From: Epithemia pelagica
Taxonomy: Eukaryota; Protista; Bacillariophyta
DNA length: 64,000 nt
NCBI GenBank assembly: GCA_946965045.2
Contig: OX337236.1
Coordinates: 1 to 64,000 of the forward strand
Reading direction: 5' to 3'
Each line of letters opens with the position of its first letter. Position 1 is the stretch's first letter. A program made the translations under genes and the position numbers. Shown piece after piece: positions 8,615-19,952 of this stretch. The notes below the pieces were generated by a model. The model was not told where the DNA came from, did not search any database, and worked only from the letters and a program-made list of their open reading frames with translations.

Positions 8615-11600
8615 ATGCGCATCCTTGCCAAAACCGGACGTCATATTACCATCGTAGGTATTGACAATCATGAATTGACTGGCCTTCCAGTTGTTACCTG
8701 TGCTGCCAAGTTTGATACAAGTGATGGACCCATTATTGGTATCTTCAATGAGTATGCCCACTATGGAAAGGGTTTATCTATCCATGCCCCAGCGCAATTT
8801 GAACATTTCGGCCTATCTGTCGACGAACAATCCGTCAAGGTTGATGGCAAACAACGCATTACTACCCTTGATGGACGTGCATTGCCCTTACGAATCAAGG
8901 ATGGCCTTGCATACATTCAATCTCTGGGAATCCCTTCTGATGACGATATGGATAAATATCCGCATATTGTGTTCACTTCACCCCATATCTGGGATCCTTC
9001 TGTACTTGACCATACCCATCCAGACCCCCATCAAGACCCTGCACCGAACTGGACATCTGTGGAGACTGATGGTAGTATGGAAACGTACCCCTATGACCAA
9101 TATGGGGAGTATACCGATCGCGTTGTATGTACTTTGAATCTCCTCCTTGATCTCCCATATGATCATGGCCCCGATACACCTTCCTTCTTTTCCATCTATG
9201 CTGATCAAGATGGCAACGACCCCACACTTCATGCGTCTGTCCACAAACTCTACAAGGAACAATACGACTGGAAGAAATTTCGCCCTTTCTTTGGGTGGCA
9301 ATCGGAAGACGTAATCGCCGATACGTTCAAGCATACAACTCGTCATGGACACATTTCCTTTGACCAGGATACCTTGAAGAAACATTTTAAGGCCCGGAAT
9401 CCTATCCTTAACCTACCACGACGGCATGAACCCGTTGCCACTGACTCCATCTTCTCCGACACCCCGGCTGTTAACCATGGTGGCAAGATTGCTCAGATTT
9501 TTGTTGGTCGTGATACTTTGGTTACTGACATTTATGGTATCAAGTCTACCAAGCAATTCGTCAATACCCTCCAGGATAACATTCGCACACGTGGTGTCAT
9601 GGAGACTTTGATCAGTGATGGTGGTTCGTCACTTATTTCCCACAAGGTCAAGGATATTCTTTGCACCCTTCTGATTGGTGAATACCGTTCCGAGCCCTAT
9701 CATCAACACCAGAACAAAGCTGAGAACCGCTACCAGACCGTTAAGCGTATGACCAATGCTATCATGAATGCCTCTGGTTGCCCTGCTTCTGCATGGTTAC
9801 TTTGTTTAGAATATGTGTGTGACCTCCTCAATCACACTTCCTCTCCCACCCACTCTGGCCGCACCCCTCTTGAGGCTCTTACCGGTACCCCACCCGACAT
9901 TACCCATCTCCTTTTCTTTCCTTTCTGGGATGAGGTCTACTATCGTGTCGACCCTTCTGAACCTACCTCCGGTTCTTACCCTTCGTCTCCCGACGAGAAG
10001 CTTGGCCACTGGGTTGGTTTTGCCCACAATGTTGGTGATGCCTTTACTTGGAAGATCCTCACTGCCGACAACGTCATCATCTACCGTTCCGCTGTCCGTC
10101 GCGTTGCCTCCACTACCCCCAACCTTCGTGTGGATATCTCTTCAGGGGAGGAGTCGCCGCATAAACCCACTGACAAGCAAGGTGACACTGTCTTTATTCG
10201 CAGCAGAAGTGAAGACCCATCCACACCTATGCCAACAATTGACTACGACGATTTAGTTGGACGCACATTCCTTTGTGACACTGAAGAGAATGGGGAGCGC
10301 CACCGAGCACGAGTAATCAAACGAGTTGTCGACCTGGAACAAGATGCAACCAAACAAGAAGATCTACTCAAATATATCTTTCGCAAGTCTAACTCCAATG
10401 TTGATGAGATGATCTCCTACAACCAGCTCATGGAATACATTGAAAGGGATAATCAAGCCCAAACGACAGGGGATAGTCTCTTCTGATTCAGAGACGTTAT
10501 TGCACACCAAGGACCTTTGAACTCAAGCGACCCAGACTATAAAGGGAGTAAATATAATGTCCTTGTTGATTGGGAGACTGGGGAGACGACAAACGAACCT
10601 CTATCTCTTATTGCAAATGATGACCCCATCACAGTCGCCATCTATGCCAAGAAAAATGGTTTGCTGGATCTACCTGGATGGAAACATCTCAAGCGATACG
10701 TCAAGACAAGCAAAAGACTCATTCGAGCAGCTAAACAATCCAGGATCAAACAAATTCGTCGCTCTATCAAGTACAAGTTTGGTTTCCAAGTACCTCGCAC
10801 CTATGAAGAAGCAGTGGAACTAGACAAGCAATTTGGGAACACGAAATGGCAAGACACAACAGAATTGGAACTCTCACAGATCCAATCGTATAACACTTTC
10901 AAGGACCATGGAAAAGCCAAGTTCATTAATGGGAAATTGGCCAATGCACCAGAAGGATATCATAAGATAAGAGTACATCTGGTCTTTGATGTCAAGCATG
11001 TTGGAAGGCACAAGGCACGACTTGTCGCAGATGCACATCTTACCAAGGAACCCGTTGAGACCATCTATTCAGGGGTTGTCTCCATTCGCAACCTTCGCGT
11101 TGCCATATTTCTTGGAACCATGAACGACATGGAAATATGGGGAGCAGATATTAGGAATGCATACCTAGAAGCATTGACAGGAGAGAAGATTTTCATCATT
11201 GCAGGACCAGAGTTCAAGGAGTTAGAAGGACATATCTTGATCATCTACAAGGCATTATATGGTCTCAAATCCTCAGGTGCTCGCTGGCATGACAAACTGT
11301 TTGATGTCCTCATTGATATGGGATTTTCTCCAAGCAAGGCTGACCCTGATATTTGGATGAAGAAGGCTCCTGGAGAAGACTGTTATGAATATATCGCTGT
11401 ATATGTTGATGACTTAGCTATCGTTGCCATGGACCCTGAAGTTGTCTGCAAGATCTTTACAGAAAAATACAACTTCAAACTCAAATGAGTCGGACCTATC
11501 GAGTATCATTTGGGGTGTCGTTATACCAAAGATCCAGACGGTACACTTGTGTCTGACCCACGAAGGTACATCGAGAAGATGATGGATACCTATGAACGAT

Positions 11601-12529
11601 TGTTCAATGAGAAACCCAAGAAAGCAAAGCCGCCAGTCATTGCTAACGATCATCCTGAACTCGATGACTCTGAGCTCTTAGATGAAGAAGGGACCCAGCA
11701 TTTCCAGACTCTTATTGGACAACTGCAATGGCTAATTACCATTGGCCGTTTTGATGTCTTTCCTGCTACCATGACTCTATCAAGGTTCAGAGCTGCTCCA
11801 AGGATTGGTCATTTGAAGCAAGCTAAACGCATCTATGGATACCTCATGTCATTTCCTGATGGGTCTATCAGATTCCGCACTGGGGAGCCAGATTTATCAG
11901 CTTTACCTATCCAAGAATACGATTGGAGTCGTACCGTATACATGGACGCCAAGGAACGTATCCCTGAGGACTGTCCAACCCCACTTGGACGTTTTGTGAC
12001 AACTATACATTATGTCGACGCAAATCTCATGCATGATATGGTTACTGGGAAAGCAGTTACAGCCATCCTGCATTTTGTAAATGGTACACCCGTGGACTGG
12101 TACAGTAAGCGACAAGCCACAGTGGAAGCAGCCACGTATGGATCTGAATTTGTTGCCGCAAGGACTGCAGTTGATCAGATCACGGAGCTACGCCTTACAC
12201 TCCGATACTTGGGAGTCCCTCTGCGAGAGAAGAGTTACATGTTTGGAGATAACCGCTCTGTCGTTATCAATAGCACCGCACCACACTCAATCATCTCCAA
12301 GAGGCACCATCTCCTATCCTATCACCGAGTCCGTGAAGCTATCGCTGCAAAGTACGTCGCATTCTACTGGAAAGATGGAAAGACAAACCCAGCTGATATT
12401 CTCAGTAAACATTGGGAATTCGCCGCAGTTTGGCCCATGCTCAGATCTTTGTTATTCTGGAGAGGAAAAATCCAGGAAAGTGATGAGGGAATTGACAATC
12501 CTCATTCGACAAATTGTGGGGAGTGTTAG
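8615..12529 (+). pseudogene. pol: copia pol (integrase-RT-RNase H) interrupted by two in-frame TGA stops at 10484-10486 and 11486-11488
   Basis: ORFs 8615-10486, 10517-11488 and 11510-12529 share one frame. Sequence reads LF*FRDVIAHQGP and KLK*VGPIEYHLG across the stops. Confidence 0.9.
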
Positions 12530-13253
12530 GATTCCCACCGAAAACTAGGTGGCGAAACCTACAACTCATCGAATGATGCTAGTATTTTATGGCATCCGAT
12601 GGCATTTTCCTAAAAGTGAGAAAAGAATGTCGGCATGCTCGCGAAACTATAAATTTGGCCACGGCATGCTCGCATTGCACGCGTTATCGGCGACCGCTCG
12701 GATATTAACTATGGCCCAACACGTGCGCGCCCAAAACTATCAAGTGCGCGCCTCTACTATCCGAGTACGCGCATCCACGATTCGACCTAACGGTCTATGT
12801 AATCAAAGCACGAACCACGATCACGCGAGACCATATCTCTGTTCCCACAAATCCAAGAATGCAAACAGCAACGCGCCCAGGACAAGACTTATACCACGAC
12901 AAAGCAAGAGCTGTTGCATCCCATACATGTTATCCATCACCCTATACATTCAATATACACCAATGCCGGTCTACTCCAACCAGTGAGGACCTATCACACC
13001 AGATCCATGGCCGTATACAAGAGCCAGGACTTCGGCACCATCAACCACCTTAGTTAGTAATCGTCTCACAATCATTAATATCACCATTTTAACACTCATC
13101 ATAAGACTAACCTCTTATCAGTGGACCGACTGCCCCCACCCACGGCGGACTTCGACTTGCAATATTGGTTGGTGATTCGATTGTCGGCTCAGCGAGCCTT
13201 TTACCTATCCTACCTACCTGTCTAACCCCTGTTGAATCGAGAGAAGTTTATCA
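12524..13253 (+). repeat. 3' LTR of the copia element; right end uncertain (TTATCA at 13120 or 13253)
   Basis: Starts TG directly after the polypurine tract. Two candidate ...TATCA ends. Short GTGCGCGC..ACTAT-type repeats at 12721-12785. No 5' LTR is available to confirm the boundary. Confidence 0.6.
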
Positions 13254-13520
13254 CTACCAAGGAATCCATATGCAAAGAAAGCATTCAAGTAGATAGTATT
13301 AAGTTAGTAGTTACAATGTGTCGGGTTAAAGACCATCATCAAAAGGCCCATAGAGGAGTCATCTCACAAAAAATCTAATCACGTCTCACAAAAAAATATT
13401 AGGCCCAAAGAAGGGTCATTTCACACAAAAATCTGACCCAGTCACACTTGTAGTGACGGGAAATGAAACTAGTCGAGCAAAGACTAACTAATAAGCATGG
13501 GCATAGGTATGACTAGAATA

Positions 13521-13651
13521 GGGCTGTTCTAGTGGGCTGTTCTGCAGTGGGACAGCAGGCTGTTCTGCAGTGGGACAGGGCACTTCTGCAGTGGGACAGA
13601 GGGCGGTTCTGCAGTGGGACAAGTGGGATGGGGGCTGTTCTGCAGTGGGAC
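13521..13651. repeat. Minisatellite-like array of TTCTGCAGTGGGAC (5 copies, 21-31 bp spacing)
   Basis: Copies at 13540, 13563, 13584, 13607, 13638. Confidence 0.9.
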
Positions 13652-13690
13652 GCTAGAGTCTACGTAGGCCTACGGACAGGCACTTTCTCC

Positions 13691-13968
13691 TTAGGGTCTT
13701 CTTGCAAAATTTGCTCAAGGGACTGTTTTCTTGCAACAAGGAGTCGGTTGTCAGTTGCTGAGACACAGACTCCATGTTGATTTAGATGCCGCTACATGGA
13801 CCAAAGACTTTCTCCGAATGACTTCTTGCATATGCCGCATCCCATACCAAAGGGTGTCACAATTGTAGCATCTAAACATGACAAGCCAATGCCCTGATCG
13901 GAACGGATCTTCTTCACAGGCCGTCTCCGGGATGGAGATGGCGTTCCAGGCCCATTGTTGGTAGCCAT
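13691..13968 (-). pseudogene. Truncated C2H2 Zn-finger relic resembling the N-terminus of the telomere-linked helicase
   Basis: ATG at 13968 gives MATNN...TPFGMGCGICKKSFGESLWSM*RHLNQH, versus TPCGLVCKLCGVGF...LARHAKTC in the intact gene. It has an in-frame TAG and runs into the 42-bp repeat at a CCCTAA hexamer. Confidence 0.55.
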
Positions 13969-14085
13969 TGCTGGTTTCCTCGTGTGCATGGAACAGAGGA
14001 AGAGACATAACCAGCCGACTCTCAAGCAAAAGCAAGGATGGGCCTCTTTGCAAGAGTCATAATTCATGAAACAACAATGACCTTT

Positions 14086-14434
14086 TGTTGGGCCAATTGA
14101 GGTTTTCAGGTGAAGATGTTGGGCCAATTGAGGTTTTCAGGTGAAGATGTTTGGCGCGAAGGGGCACGCAGGCGACCTTTTCGCGCCAAAGAATGGGGGA
14201 ACAACTAAGAGTGCGGTAATGGTTAGTAATGAATGAAATTAAGGACTCATATTGAATATGTAATGAATGAAATTAAGGACTCATATTGAATATGAGTGCT
14301 TAGAAATTAGACTTGAGCGGGGCATAGACATTCTGTGCTCATGTGCACAAGGGGCAGTGCTCTTTTGCAACAAAAGGCATATATATCAGTGCTCATATGC
14401 ACAGATACTATAGCCCCTTGTGCTCATATGCACA
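14086..14434. repeat. Two perfect tandem duplications (31 bp x2 at 14086-14147; 34 bp x2 at 14226-14293) and a GTGCTCATATGCACA direct/inverted cluster (14334-14434)
   Basis: Read directly from the sequence. tgtgctcatgtgcacaagggg (14334) pairs imperfectly with ccccttgtgctcatatgcaca (14414). Confidence 0.85.
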
Positions 14435-17333
14435 CGTTCAAATCCTACGGTGTCTAGTACCCAAAAAAGGCAAATATCCTTAGGCAACGAAGAAGAGTCT
14501 ACGTAGGCCTACGGACAGGCACTTTCTCCTTAGGGCAGAGAAGCTCGCGACTGATCAGTCCGTGACCATGTCAGCACCGTTTGTTGGTGAGAATGACGAC
14601 GACAGTGCGATCGAGACATGAGTATTGTTGCGCCAATGGGAGTGTGGTTGGACGTTCCCCGAGGAATCTACCATAAACTACCCATGCAATGAATACATTT
14701 CATGACAAGGGGAGATTCTTGATTCACCCTGCTTGGATTCGACAGTCAGTAGCGTCCCTCACGAGCCATCATTGGTCTTTGCAGGCGGCCATTGCTGTTG
14801 GAATGACATTCTATTATATGCTGGAGTCTGTTCCATGTCCTTTCCCTTGTCACCGTGCTTGGTTTCGACAGTATAGGCTCCATAACGAGCCATTGGTGTC
14901 ACACCGCCACTTGGGATGATCCTTCTATAGCTGCATTTCGTGGCGATCTTTGCCGAGGAGGAGCATCAACACACGAGTCGTTGGTGTAGGTCGTCGTCCA
15001 TCGTGATTCGTGATTTGTCCTGTCTTGTTGCAGTTATTTCGTCCAACATAGACGGCCTCTTCTTCTTCTCTTCTTCTGTTTCTTCTCTTCTTTGTGTCAT
15101 TCCTATCGGCCGTATCGGGTGCTGTAATAATAGGCGTATCGAACAGGCACATGGTGTCAATACAAAAGATAATTTCTTCCAATGTGTCTCCACACGCCAC
15201 GTGGAAGGGATTCGGGGCAAAAGATACCTTTCCAGAGTTCCTCGCGTTTCACAATCCATTTTCTTGTCGGAGTCACAAGATTCTAAAGCCTTTCACGAAT
15301 CCACCGCTGAGAAGTAAAAACGAGGCAAAGTATCTTTTTGTGATGGCTGCCACACCAAATCGACGACGATTTGACATCGACGAGAGATGGGGCTGCCAAA
15401 CTTGATCAACACCAAAGGGAGACTTGCAAGAGAGCTTGCATGGAGCCGCAAGTTCAAGTGGAGAAGGACAACTTACAACTTGTATTGAAAAGCAAGAAGC
15501 GCAAGGTGTGAAAAACTCCCGGTATCGGAGCACTGTATATCGAGTGCTGCAATTATAGGTTTATCGAAGAGACACATCATGGTGTCAATACAAACGTGGA
15601 ACAAGGCATTCGGGGCAAAAGATACCCTTCCAGTTCATTCCTCGCGTTTCACATTCCTCTGTGGTTGGGCATGTCGCAGCACTTCCATGGTCGTTTTCGC
15701 CTTGCTCTGTGATAGCCACAGGAAAGTGGGTACTTTGCACTCTGCAATTGTTCTTGTGGATCCCTAGGGACTGATCTGACGACGATGTGGAGACGTGTCT
15801 CTCTTGGCGTTGGACTATTATGTGGGAGGTGCTCCTACAGCCCAGTATCATCGTCTACCAAGTCCTGGTCATGGCAGCCAATCACTAAATGTCTAATGCA
15901 TGAAACGCAGCATCAAGTGTCGCAGTAGCAGCTCAAGCCAGGAAAGAAACCACAATGGAATCCCATGACAAAAGTACAACAACCAAACCGCATTTGTCGT
16001 TGTCACACTGGACGAAAGAAGAACGCAATACTCAACGGGTCGCATCGCCCTTTCAAGTGTACATACGAAGATTCAAGCTGGGTGTTGGTGTGGAACGACA
16101 AGGCAGCAACACAAGCCAGAATTCAGCGAAGAAGAAGAACAATAACAACAAGTTCTAGTAGACTACAGCCAAGACATGATCGGCGCCATTCGTGGTCCTG
16201 GTTTTGTTGTTGGTACTGCTGAGTTCGGTACGAGGCTCAAATGCGGTAGGGATCGAGGTCCACCACTGCTATTAGACGACAGCCAAGGCATGATCGGCGC
16301 GGGTAGTGGTTTTGTTGGTGCTGTACGAGGCACAAAGGTTGTACTGGTCAATGTCCAATACTGCTGTTAGACATTGTTGTAATCGTGCAACAAGGTTTCG
16401 GCGGAACCGGCATTGAGAGGCAAGACATAACTTTTCGCACTGCGATTGTTCTTGTTGATACCCATGGACCGATACCCATGGACTGTTAAAGAGCCACTAC
16501 TAAGAGTGGGATTGCTGGATCGACGCATGCAAATTGCCTACCTCGTGATCAAGAATAATTGCTGTATTGGAGGAAATATCGAACATGTCGGTGGCAAAAA
16601 TTGCAAAGGGTTCTGTCACCCAAAACCACAAGCATTGAGAGAAGGGGTACTGTCCTCTCAAGCAGGCATGGGCCATAGAAGGACTGGACCCCACAATTGA
16701 AATTGAACGCATGGTCGGAAGAAGACGACTGTCCAAACGAGTCGCTGCGCCATGGTGTTTCAGGCACGCAACCATAATCTTCCACAGCGAAATAACACGA
16801 CCCATTCAACAGCAGAGAGACATGGTACCATGGACATCTACCCGAGGCCTGGCTCCACTCCTGTTTTTGGTGTCATGCTGGATGGTGTAACTTTCAGTTT
16901 TTACTAGTACAACGGTGTACATGATATCTCTATAGGTCGCAATGCCATGGAGAAAACAATGCAACTACTGTTTGAGAGTAAAATGATAATGCAATAGTTC
17001 CGCTATTGTTAGGACATACATGCAATACGTTGCAAATTTCATGACTGCTGGTCGCATGATGGTGCGCCGCTGTACATTGATTGGGAGGAAGGATTCGTGA
17101 CGACAGCCAATCCATCACATGGCCGATTCCCAATCCACACGGGTGTCAGTATTCGGGTAGGCGATAAACAATTGTTCGCGTCCCTTGATGAGCCACGATT
17201 TGAGCACGATATTCGTATTCGTCGTGTCGTCATGATACAAAATACGAATCTTGTCTCCCTCGCTGGTATCACGGCTCCTTGACCAACCGGGCGAACGTGA
17301 TAACATTGGTAGTCTATGAATTCTATAGAGATT

Positions 17334-19952
17334 TTATGGTACAGCATGTTCGGAGAGGTGACAATTCTCGTAAAACAGCATGTAGGCCTGGCATTGTCGG
17401 ACTTGTTGCCACGACACGGAACGAACGATATGGTCCGACACGTACCACCATGCACCGTCCGAGGATCTTCTGTAACAAACATAGTGGCCGCTGTTGGCAC
17501 CTCCATGATGTTCCAGCACCGCCATGAGCCTATAAAACACTTGCCGTCGTTGCTTTCTTGTCGACAGGGGCGGTGCGGCGGTATTGACGGATGGTTTCGT
17601 GGAGGATACACCTGCTACCCACGACGGTGCCGTAGCTTCGTGTTTCTGAAACCGCCCAGTGGGTCCCGACTGCGAGGTCGTGTAGGCGCAATACGGGGCA
17701 ACGTTCAAGTATTCTTCAAACAGAACCGGTTGCGTCGTTTTGGACAGTCGAGCGGTTTGAGCGTCGTAGTAACGTCGTTGAATGTGCAGACACATTACAG
17801 GGGGCAATCGCGTCAAAAACAAGCACTTGCTGGCATCTCTCCGGAACAACACATTGGGAGTTTTCCCGTCGCTACCGCATTCCACACCAAGAAGCTTGGC
17901 AATCTGCGTTGCACTGTCGGCATCATCGCAATTGATTTGCTGCCACTCCTTGAGAGTTTGCAAGTGACTATGCAACTCTTTTTGTATTGGATCCAAATCA
18001 CCAGCGGTCGAGGCTACACCTCCAGATGCCGCATGGCTTTTCTTTTGTTGGAGCGCCGTAGCATCTGCGAGCGCAAACTGCCAAAATTCTACTTCTTCCC
18101 GGGCTTTTCGCACATATTCCCGTTTGGTGCACGAGGGACAATCCACTTGTTCCACTCGCTCAACTCGCGTGAAATCTGAAAGGCACTCTTCGACAGTGCA
18201 CGGCTGATTCTGTTTGGAAACGGCATAGGGTCGACCCACACCTGTTGGAATGATGGAAATATCCACAAAGGGCATGTTTTGAATCGGTCGAACATAACAA
18301 CATGTTCGGCACTGCAGTGTCGATCCCATCCAGCCACTTAGTGGCATAGCAAGCCGAGCTGAAGCAGTGCGCAGAGACGGTTGACGGTAGGAAGAAAAAT
18401 TGGAGCTTGTTGTCGAAAGATCACCGGAATGGATCGGGCCCAACGATGACGACATGCTGAACGAATTAAGATCCGATCCCACATCAGTTTCGGCTGCTTC
18501 TTCGTCCACCGCCAAAGCATTCGTGCTAACAAGATCCTCCTCCAAACCTGTCAGAGGGGCGCAAAGATCCACCTCGTCTTGTTTCTTTTCCTCTCCACCA
18601 TTCGCAACATGGAGCTGCTGGTTTGACGGGAACAGTGGTTTGGATTCTTTGTTGTTCCGTTTTCCGGTAGCAGTAGATTCCTCGTTCAATTTGTCATTCG
18701 AAGCGTGTGGTCGGTCTGTCAGAAATGGTTCCTCCTGTTGCCTTTGACGACGAAAACGAGCCGTTTCTCGAGCCGAAGAGGCGACCGACAACATGTCGTC
18801 ATCATCCAAGTAGTGGAAGCGACAGGTATCCTCGTCGTCCGCTTCCTTCTCCTCGTTTCGAACGGTTTCGCCCGTCATGGCTGCTGCTATTTGCAGTCGA
18901 AGAAAGGAGGGTGACATGGCCCACTCCAGGGCTGGTGGAGTGTACGACGAAATGTGCAACATTGGTTCTGTCTCGGGTGTCGGTGGCAACCGTCGCGAGA
19001 CAGCAAGCCATGGCCTTCGATGACGACTTTTCGTACCATGTTGAGGCGAAAGGGAACGGCGGAATTCTTGTTCTTGGACCAAGACATCGACCAGGGCCGT
19101 CAAGAGTTCTTGCGCATCTTGTTGTTGGTGCAGCGTCGATTCGAACTGTTTGTGAGATTGACCCACAATGTCCAAGAGCGCACGAGGATCCCATTTTTGA
19201 TTGGAGTCCAGACCCGTTACGGATCGTCCATTAATGTGCTGGAGGCCTTGCCAGAGCAACTGTGTCAAGTACAAACCCGACGACGATTCGAAAGACTCTT
19301 GTCGTTGTTGTGGTTTGAGTGACAATGCCGCACCCCTCAACGAGTAGGAAGAAGAGGAACGGACATGGCTTTTCAGGTACACAGTAAAGGTTGTCAGTGA
19401 TGCCAAGGATTGAAGCACCGAACTCAAAAAACACGTTTGGCCATAGTTGGGAATGCCTCGAATCACAGGACCATGGTTCACGGAAATAGTCTGAGGTACT
19501 GCACTGTTGTTGTGGTTGTGGGTATGCGTAGTAGTAGTATGGTTGCTTTGGCTCTTCTTCTTGCGTTTGCTATTGTTGGAAGAAAAGACCCACTCCTCCA
19601 CGACAATCGGATCCGTATGGACTGGCGAAAAGCGAGGTTGCAATGGTTTTGGAGCACTTTTCAAGGCATCAGTTGTCGAGGTAGGCGGCTCTGAATTGTT
19701 GGAATGTGTCTCATTGACGAGTGATGGAGCAACATCGCGGCTGTTTCTCAAAACGTTTTGAATGTCTTGGTGCTGTTGGTCTTTTGGTGGACCATGAACC
19801 GTGTGATTGATCGTCTTTGGGTAAGAATCGGAAGCGACAGCTCCGTTTGATTCAACTGTTGCTGCATTATTCTTGTTGGGAAACTCCATTCCACCGAGAT
19901 TGTCGTGGTAGGGGTGGTTGTGAGCTGGCTCGCTGCTCGTAATCACAGTCAT
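17334..19952 (-). CDS. Ubiquitin carboxyl-terminal hydrolase (USP/peptidase C19, USP30/UBP27-like)
   Basis: Cys box GIPNYGQTCFLSSVLQSLAS, QQQDAQELL, His box VLEHHGGANSGHYVCYR, WWYVSD, AYMLFY. First ATG at 19952; upstream exons possible. Confidence 0.93.
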   Translation of the reverse strand: MTVITSSEPAHNHPYHDNLGGMEFPNKNNAATVESNGAVASDSYPKTINHTVHGPPKDQQHQDIQNVLRNSRDVAPSLVNETHSNNSEPPTSTTDALKSAPKPLQPRFSPVHTDPIVVEEWVFSSNNSKRKKKSQSNHTTTTHTHNHNNSAVPQTISVNHGPVIRGIPNYGQTCFLSSVLQSLASLTTFTVYLKSHVRSSSSYSLRGAALSLKPQQRQESFESSSGLYLTQLLWQGLQHINGRSVTGLDSNQKWDPRALLDIVGQSHKQFESTLHQQQDAQELLTALVDVLVQEQEFRRSLSPQHGTKSRHRRPWLAVSRRLPPTPETEPMLHISSYTPPALEWAMSPSFLRLQIAAAMTGETVRNEEKEADDEDTCRFHYLDDDDMLSVASSARETARFRRQRQQEEPFLTDRPHASNDKLNEESTATGKRNNKESKPLFPSNQQLHVANGGEEKKQDEVDLCAPLTGLEEDLVSTNALAVDEEAAETDVGSDLNSFSMSSSLGPIHSGDLSTTSSNFSSYRQPSLRTASARLAMPLSGWMGSTLQCRTCCYVRPIQNMPFVDISIIPTGVGRPYAVSKQNQPCTVEECLSDFTRVERVEQVDCPSCTKREYVRKAREEVEFWQFALADATALQQKKSHAASGGVASTAGDLDPIQKELHSHLQTLKEWQQINCDDADSATQIAKLLGVECGSDGKTPNVLFRRDASKCLFLTRLPPVMCLHIQRRYYDAQTARLSKTTQPVLFEEYLNVAPYCAYTTSQSGPTGRFQKHEATAPSWVAGVSSTKPSVNTAAPPLSTRKQRRQVFYRLMAVLEHHGGANSGHYVCYRRSSDGAWWYVSDHIVRSVSWQQVRQCQAYMLFYENCHLSEHAVP

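Larger units (their letters stand above)
8606..13253 (+). mobile_element. Ty1/copia LTR retrotransposon (diatom CoDi-like), 5'-truncated (no 5' LTR, gag or protease active site), with 3' LTR
   Basis: Domain order IN (VATDSIFSD, LISDGG, QNKAENRY), RT (HKARLVA, KALYGLKSSG, VYVDD), RNase H (YVDA, WYSKRQATVEAATYGSEF, FGDN) matches copia. PPT GGGGAG at 12518-12523 is followed by TGTTAGG. Confidence 0.93.
13655..14535. repeat. Pair of identical 42-bp direct repeats (13655-13696 and 14494-14535) with a 12-bp palindrome and terminal TTAGGG
   Basis: AGAGTCTACGTAGGCCTACGGACAGGCACTTTCTCCTTAGGG occurs twice, 839 bp apart. Confidence 0.95.

Noticed and set aside
10484-11488. Programmed TGA read-through or selenocysteine in copia pol
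   Set aside because: Both stops are explicable as point mutations (CGA>TGA plausible; GGA>TGA in KLKGVGP). Other conserved motifs are also mutated and the element is truncated.
16380-17330. Short protein-like ORFs on the minus strand downstream of the USP gene
   Set aside because: Could be a decayed gene, but no family or consistent splice structure can be supported.
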